Below are positions 6,281 to 10,829 of a stretch of DNA of 10,829 bases, piece after piece. Origin of the DNA: Bacteroidia bacterium (GTDB taxonomy: Bacteria > Bacteroidota > Bacteroidia > Bacteroidales > VadinHA17); the NCBI GenBank assembly GCA_026391215.1, contig JAPLDX010000099.1:1-10829 (forward strand), in the 5' to 3' direction. Under the pieces are notes generated by a model, which was not told the DNA's origin, made no database searches, and saw only the letters and a program-made list of their open reading frames with translations. The position numbers were made by a program, and so were the translations under genes. The stretch's first letter is position 1; every line of letters starts with the position of its first letter.

Positions 6281-7569
6281 ATCTTGCCCAACCACATACT
6301 AAAGGCAACACCTATGTAGTTGCCAATAATCCAGCCGATTATCCCTGTGGCTAATCCAGTTAGTATGACATCCTTGTTTTTCAGGGCTGCCGCTACCATT
6401 GGCACAAACGGGGGAGAATATACAAATCCTGTAGTAGTGATGAGAAAATCATCAGCATCTACCTTGAATATCCAGGAAAGGAAGATATGCAGGATAAGTG
6501 ATCCGAAATATGCGTAGGTGACGAAGTAAAGAATGTTTAAATATTTTACCTGAAAGAACACGCTCAGGTCGCACCTGGAAGCAATTACCAGCGAAAAGGC
6601 AGTAATAAAATACATACCCAATTGGTAAGTCTTTTTAATTTGCCTCACTTTTGGGATAAATGATGCGGCTACACCAAGAGTGGTTACTGTCAATATAACT
6701 GAGATCGTTGGGGACACTTTAGGTAAAAGCAGATTTACACCAAACCCTGCTGCAAAAATAAGTACTGCAAGTCCGAGGGATCCAAGAAGCGGTAGAATTA
6801 TTTCTTTCTTAAAAATCCCTGAATAATCATCAAAATCTTCATTCATCTGCTTCTCCAGTGCATCAACATCCAGGTTTTCACCGCTCTGGCCTGTATGCTT
6901 TTTAAAAGGCGGGAGAAAAAATCTGAAAACAGCTGGTCCCGCCGTAATGAAGAACAGTATTGTCAGCCCCCCTATGATCATATCATAAGTATTTGTCATG
7001 ATAAAAGTATATGGCTGAACTTTTAGAGCTATTGCTAACGCTGCCATATTTATGGAACCTCCTGTATAGGTTCCTATCAGCATGCCTGCTACCTTGTTTC
7101 CCTCTGGAATTTTCTCCCCGAATATCAGGTATCCTGTTGCTACAATGACACTGACAGATATCAGGGCAAGGATCATTGAAAGAAATCCTTTACCTGAGAA
7201 CTTCAGCCATCTTCTGACGCTAAGGGAGAAAAGAATTAAAGGTAATGCAAGCGGGATTAACGCAGACTGCACACTGTCTTGAATTGAAGCTACACGGTTC
7301 GTTCTAAGATCCTTTTCTGTTAAGGTACCGACAGCATATAACTCAGAAGCTTCTGTTTTTGGTATATATGGTCTGTCCTTTGCTACTGTTTCTTTAAGGA
7401 ATGCTTCGCTTACTTTGGGCAGAATGCCAATGTTGGCGATAATGATACCAAGAGCATAGGCGAGAACAACCGCTCCAAGTTTTTTTAAAAAGGTATACTT
7501 TGTTGTCAGCCAGATCAGAATCACCGGCAAGGTGATGTAAAACACAATGAGAATGATCAGATTAACCAT
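6277..7569 (-). CDS. DUF819-family multi-pass inner-membrane protein (putative transporter)
   Basis: About 11-12 hydrophobic segments, with motifs GTYTGGSINMAAL, YSPPFVPMVAAALKNK and GIIGWIIGNYIG that I recall as typical of Bacteroidota DUF819. The preferred start is the ATG at 7569 (430 aa), which lies downstream of a promoter element. Confidence 0.75.
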   Translation of the reverse strand: MVNLIILIVFYITLPVILIWLTTKYTFLKKLGAVVLAYALGIIIANIGILPKVSEAFLKETVAKDRPYIPKTEASELYAVGTLTEKDLRTNRVASIQDSVQSALIPLALPLILFSLSVRRWLKFSGKGFLSMILALISVSVIVATGYLIFGEKIPEGNKVAGMLIGTYTGGSINMAALAIALKVQPYTFIMTNTYDMIIGGLTILFFITAGPAVFRFFLPPFKKHTGQSGENLDVDALEKQMNEDFDDYSGIFKKEIILPLLGSLGLAVLIFAAGFGVNLLLPKVSPTISVILTVTTLGVAASFIPKVRQIKKTYQLGMYFITAFSLVIASRCDLSVFFQVKYLNILYFVTYAYFGSLILHIFLSWIFKVDADDFLITTTGFVYSPPFVPMVAAALKNKDVILTGLATGIIGWIIGNYIGVAFSMWLGKI

Positions 7570-7590
7570 GACGCTGAGTTTTGGTATAAT

Positions 7591-7598
7591 CAAAAATA
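7591..7598 (-). promoter_or_regulatory. Bacteroidota -7 promoter element for the DUF819 gene
   Basis: Minus-strand TATTTTTG is an exact TAnnTTTG match, 21 bp upstream of the ATG at 7569. Confidence 0.5.
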
Positions 7599-7632
7599 AA
7601 CAAATCACCCTGCACGATCAGCAAGGTGATTT
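7591..7632 (-). terminator. Probable intrinsic terminator for the coaBC-DUF4835-recN transcript
   Basis: The minus strand reads AAATCACCTTGC-TGATCGT-GCAGGGTGATTT, a 12 bp stem with one U-G pair and a 7 nt loop. It runs into the U-rich tail GTTTATTTTTG. Confidence 0.55.
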
Positions 7633-7668
7633 AAAAAGAGGCATTTATACTAAAAGCCTTGGGTATTT

Positions 7669-7802
7669 TTACTTATCAGGACAATCCTCAAAGCTCTTAT
7701 TGTACTGTTCAATTGCTTTAAGGCTCATACCTATTCTTGAAAATCCTCTGTCGTGATAAAGTTTCTGTATTGTCACTTTTCTTGTAATAATTTTTCTTCC
7801 AT
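7669..7802 (-). pseudogene. Single-TPR-like mini-ORF or frameshifted TPR gene remnant
   Basis: ATG 7802 gives MEEKLLQEK* (TGA 7775-7773). This overlaps a GTG at 7776 that reads (V/M)TIQKLYHDRGFSRIGMSLKAIEQYNKSFEDCPDK* (TAA 7671-7669). The peptide shows TPR helix-B spacing G15-A20-Y24-(S)27-P32. Confidence 0.35.
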
Positions 7803-7811
7803 AACAGTAAC

Positions 7812-9476
7812 TTAATTCTTAGCAGCTTTTATCAGTTCCTTTGCATTCTTAATGGCAATCTCTGTTATTTCACTGCCGCTCAGCAATCTGGCAACCTCAT
7901 GTATTCGTTCTTCGGATGATAACAATTTAATCCTGGTAATTGTTTCATTGCCGCTTTCATCCTTGTAAACATGGTAGTGCTTTGTTCCCCGTGAAGCAAC
8001 CTGCGGAAGATGTGTGATGTTAACAACCTGCATATATTTGCCCATGCCGGCAAGTATCTGTCCCACCTTATCGGCAACCTCTCCCGAGACTCCGGCATCG
8101 ATCTCATCAAAAATTATTGTCGGCAGGTTTATATTCTTTGTCAGCAACGACTTAAGGCTGAGCATAACTCTTGATAGTTCGCCGCCGGAAGCTATCCTGG
8201 CGAGGTTTTCCGGTTCCACCTGCTTATTTGCAGAGAACAAAAAATCAGCATGGTCGGTCCCCTCCGGGGTAAAATCCCGGAGACTGGTTAGCGAGATCCT
8301 GAATCTTGCATTGGGCATACCCAGCTGCTTAAGCAGGTCTGTTATTTTCTTCTCAACATCATGTAAGATGGCTTTTCTCCTGGCTGAGATATCTCCGGAC
8401 AGCTTTTTGAGATGGTCAGTTTCTTTTGTAAGAATTGATTCCAGTTCAACCAGACGGTCGTCGCTGTTAATAATAGATCTGATCAGATTTCTTATTTCTT
8501 CTCTCTTGATTATAAGTTCATTAAGAGAATTTACCCGGTGTTTCTGGATAAGCGCATAGATCGTATCAAGCCTGTCGTTGATCCGGGCAAGACGTCCTGG
8601 ATCAGCTTCAATTGATGCAGTAAGCTTCTCAAGTTCACTTGCTATATCATTCAGCTCTACATAAGAAGATTCTGTACGGTTAAGTATCTCTTCTCCCTGA
8701 TGCAGAAAATCTTTTATTTTTGCCAGGTTGACCTTCGCTTCCCTCAGCGAGGCCAGTATTGATTTTCCTTCAGATGAAAAAAGATCTGACGCAGTTCCAA
8801 GCGCAAGCTTTATCTCCCCGGCATGGCTCAGTAGCTCCTGTTCCTTCTCAAGCTCTTCCTGCTCACCATCGACAAGTTTTGCATCTTCAAGCTGGTTCAG
8901 CTGGAACTGGTAATATTCAAGGTCGGCTTTGTTCCTGTCAGCTTTTTCCTTTACTTCATTATATTCCTTTTTGAGGCTGCGGTATTTTTTAAAAGACGTT
9001 CTGTATTCATCTTTAAGCTTTGCTGTGACAGCAAAAGAATCAATGACATTCAGTTGGAAAGAATTATCGTTCAGCATCAGTGTCTGGTGCTGCGAATGTA
9101 TATCGATAAGTCGATCGCCAAGTTCTTTCAACAGATTTACTGTAGCAGGTGTATCATTGATAAATGCCCGTGATTTGCCGGCAGGGTTTATCTCCCTTCT
9201 CAGAATAGTAACAGGCTCATAGTCAATCTCATTGGCAGAAAAAAATTCAGCAAGGTCATATTCCTCAATTCTGAATGTACCTTCGACGATACATTTTTCA
9301 TTCTTTTCCAGAAGCACGGATGTATCGGCCCGGGTTCCGAGTATCAACGATAAAGCGCCAAGGAGGATTGTTTTGCCGGCTCCTGTCTCACCGGTAATGA
9401 TAGTCAACCCGTTTTCAAGCTCAATGTCCAGATCCTTGATAAGTGCATAGTTTTGAACGTAAAGTTTAATGAGCAT
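7812..9476 (-). CDS. recN: DNA repair protein RecN
   Basis: 554 aa SMC-like ATPase. It has Walker A TGETGAGKT, SRAFIND, DIHSQH, a central coiled coil, signature IASGGELSR, Walker B IIFDEIDAGVSG and ITHLPQVAS. Confidence 0.97.
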   Translation of the reverse strand: MLIKLYVQNYALIKDLDIELENGLTIITGETGAGKTILLGALSLILGTRADTSVLLEKNEKCIVEGTFRIEEYDLAEFFSANEIDYEPVTILRREINPAGKSRAFINDTPATVNLLKELGDRLIDIHSQHQTLMLNDNSFQLNVIDSFAVTAKLKDEYRTSFKKYRSLKKEYNEVKEKADRNKADLEYYQFQLNQLEDAKLVDGEQEELEKEQELLSHAGEIKLALGTASDLFSSEGKSILASLREAKVNLAKIKDFLHQGEEILNRTESSYVELNDIASELEKLTASIEADPGRLARINDRLDTIYALIQKHRVNSLNELIIKREEIRNLIRSIINSDDRLVELESILTKETDHLKKLSGDISARRKAILHDVEKKITDLLKQLGMPNARFRISLTSLRDFTPEGTDHADFLFSANKQVEPENLARIASGGELSRVMLSLKSLLTKNINLPTIIFDEIDAGVSGEVADKVGQILAGMGKYMQVVNITHLPQVASRGTKHYHVYKDESGNETITRIKLLSSEERIHEVARLLSGSEITEIAIKNAKELIKAAKN

Positions 9477-9491
9477 GACCTGGGACTATGA

Positions 9492-10418
9492 TTAATTAGA
9501 TGCGGTGATCTTCTCATATTTTGACTTGTTGGCCGGATCAATCTCGGTAAGGATCTCTACAACCCTGCTCTTCTCTTCAGGAAACGCTTCGGAATAAACA
9601 TTTATCAACTCATCAGATTTTGTTTCCATCACCACCTGAACAAGGTACATGAACGGATCCGGTTTTTTCCTGTAAACCTCCTGTACAAGTCTTAGGCTTT
9701 CAACCATGCTTGTCCGGGCTTCAGCTACTTTTGATTCCATTTTATCGAGCCCGTTGATGTAATATTCATAAATAAATTGCCTCACACCTTCATATTCCTT
9801 ATCGAGAATATTTTTTACGAGCCAGTACCTGTTGCGGTTACGTGAGCCATCATAAGGTTTCCATCCCATTTCAGGAGCATTCTGGGCATTTAAGACAATT
9901 TTCTCAGCCATCTGGAAAAACTCAGTGCCCCCCTCTGGAGCAAAAGAATCATAATCAAAACCGAGGATAAGGTATGCATAGTATGCCAGGACAGACACAA
10001 GGCTGGACCTGTACGTAGTGGGATCAAATTCGAGTGGCTGAAATTCCACATATCTGAACTTGAAGTTATTATCAGTGAAATTCAGGACTGTTGAACTATA
10101 AGTGGTGTTAAAAACAGGCCTTTTGAGCTGTACCTGTATCGTTCCGCTGAATTCATCGGCAGACAACTGGTTGTTGATGTTGATGAGAATATTACAATCG
10201 ATCCTTTCCGAATAGCTGAATACATGATTGGTCCAGACCGTATTATTCATGAATTCGTAGATGTCGCGCTGCATGTTTTCAAATACCTGGCGGTTGGATC
10301 CCTGTATTTTCTGGGCAGAAACCTGAACATTGCAGATAAGTTCCTGAGAAAACATGGCTTCAGGTGAAAAAATCAGGATAATAAGAACAATATATTTCGG
10401 AAGGCGGATTAGTTTCAT
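9492..10418 (-). CDS. DUF4835 family protein (annotated as type IX secretion-associated PorD in some Bacteroidota)
   Basis: 308 aa with a signal peptide (…EAMFS|QELICNVQV). Motifs are FMNNTVWT, ERIDC, RPVFNTTY, LAYYAYLILGFDYDSF..GGT, NRYWL and K.DELIN. Its position between coaBC and recN is the conserved Bacteroidota arrangement. Confidence 0.85.
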   Translation of the reverse strand: MKLIRLPKYIVLIILIFSPEAMFSQELICNVQVSAQKIQGSNRQVFENMQRDIYEFMNNTVWTNHVFSYSERIDCNILININNQLSADEFSGTIQVQLKRPVFNTTYSSTVLNFTDNNFKFRYVEFQPLEFDPTTYRSSLVSVLAYYAYLILGFDYDSFAPEGGTEFFQMAEKIVLNAQNAPEMGWKPYDGSRNRNRYWLVKNILDKEYEGVRQFIYEYYINGLDKMESKVAEARTSMVESLRLVQEVYRKKPDPFMYLVQVVMETKSDELINVYSEAFPEEKSRVVEILTEIDPANKSKYEKITASN

Positions 10419-10427
10419 CCTATCAGA

Positions 10428-10829
10428 TTATTTGATCATTGAAACAATTTTATCAAGAATGTCCCTGGCAGCATTTTCTTTAGATTTCAACTCAAATTTA
10501 TCAATATTATTGTACTTGTCAATTATCGTAATCCGGTTTGTATCTGTGTTAAATCCAGACCCGGAATCTCTCAACGAATTCAGTACAATGAAATCAAAAT
10601 TTTTTCGTTTCAGTTTCCCTGTGGCGTTCTTTATTTCGTTGCCTGTTTCGAGGGCAAAGCCTGCCAGAATCTGTGAAGGCCTCTTCATATTCCCGAGTGT
10701 GGCAGCAATGTCGGTTGTTGGTTTCAGCTTTAAAGTCAAATCCTCACCTGTCTTCCTGATCTTTTGCTTCTCAACCTTTGCCGGTGTGTAATCAGCGACA
10801 GCTGCAGATAATATTGCAATATCGCAACC
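10428..10829 (-). CDS. coaBC: CoaBC phosphopantothenate-cysteine ligase/decarboxylase, C-terminal CoaB part (5'-truncated by the window edge)
   Basis: The frame is open to the window end: GCDIAIISAAVADYTP…KIRK…L.LKPTTDI…GFALET…KKNFD-like KRKNFDFIVLNSL…GFNTDTNRITII…K…A.DI. These are CoaB/DFP domain motifs. Confidence 0.95.
   Translation of the reverse strand, partial: GCDIAILSAAVADYTPAKVEKQKIRKTGEDLTLKLKPTTDIAATLGNMKRPSQILAGFALETGNEIKNATGKLKRKNFDFIVLNSLRDSGSGFNTDTNRITIIDKYNNIDKFELKSKENAARDILDKIVSMIK

Noticed and set aside
5006-7282. Short ORFs nested in the Omp85-like and DUF819 genes
   Set aside because: Antisense or out-of-frame shadows under 90 aa with no independent support.
7570-7608. 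Longer DUF819 start at 7608
   Set aside because: This non-ATG start lies within the hairpin and upstream of the -7 promoter element. The ATG at 7569 is preferred.
7547-7756. 69 aa plus-strand ORF in the DUF819-recN gap
   Set aside because: It overlaps the DUF819 start, promoter and hairpin on the opposite strand and has no recognisable features.
7880-10791. Nested or antisense ORFs in recN and coaBC, and the 103 aa call 10428-10739 as a complete gene
   Set aside because: The nested ORFs are shadow frames. The 103 aa ORF is only the tail of coaBC, whose frame stays open to the window end.

Overview
A 10.8 kb chromosomal window, largely housekeeping, from a Bacteroidota (probably Bacteroidales-type) bacterium. 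The taxonomic evidence is TAnnTTTG-type promoters, Gln after three predicted signal peptides, and the ftsK-lolA and coaBC-DUF4835-recN gene orders. Order: ftsK 3' end, lolA-like gene and SH3-NlpC/P60 peptidase (+); fused formiminotransferase-cyclodeaminase and hutI (-); a POTRA-less Omp85-family barrel (+); a DUF819 membrane protein, recN, DUF4835/PorD and the coaBC 3' part (-). The most unusual non-coding feature is a 113 bp GC-rich REP/REPIN-like element between hutI and ftcD. It has three copies of a CCCC(C)TGAAGGGG(G) palindrome unit, and one copy contains an 18 bp hairpin that looks like a nested insertion. An unannotated single-TPR-like mini-ORF or pseudogene remnant lies downstream of recN. 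No transposase, phage, CRISPR or structural RNA gene was recognised, and the sequence alone does not establish a new multi-gene system. Family calls come from motif recognition, not database searches.
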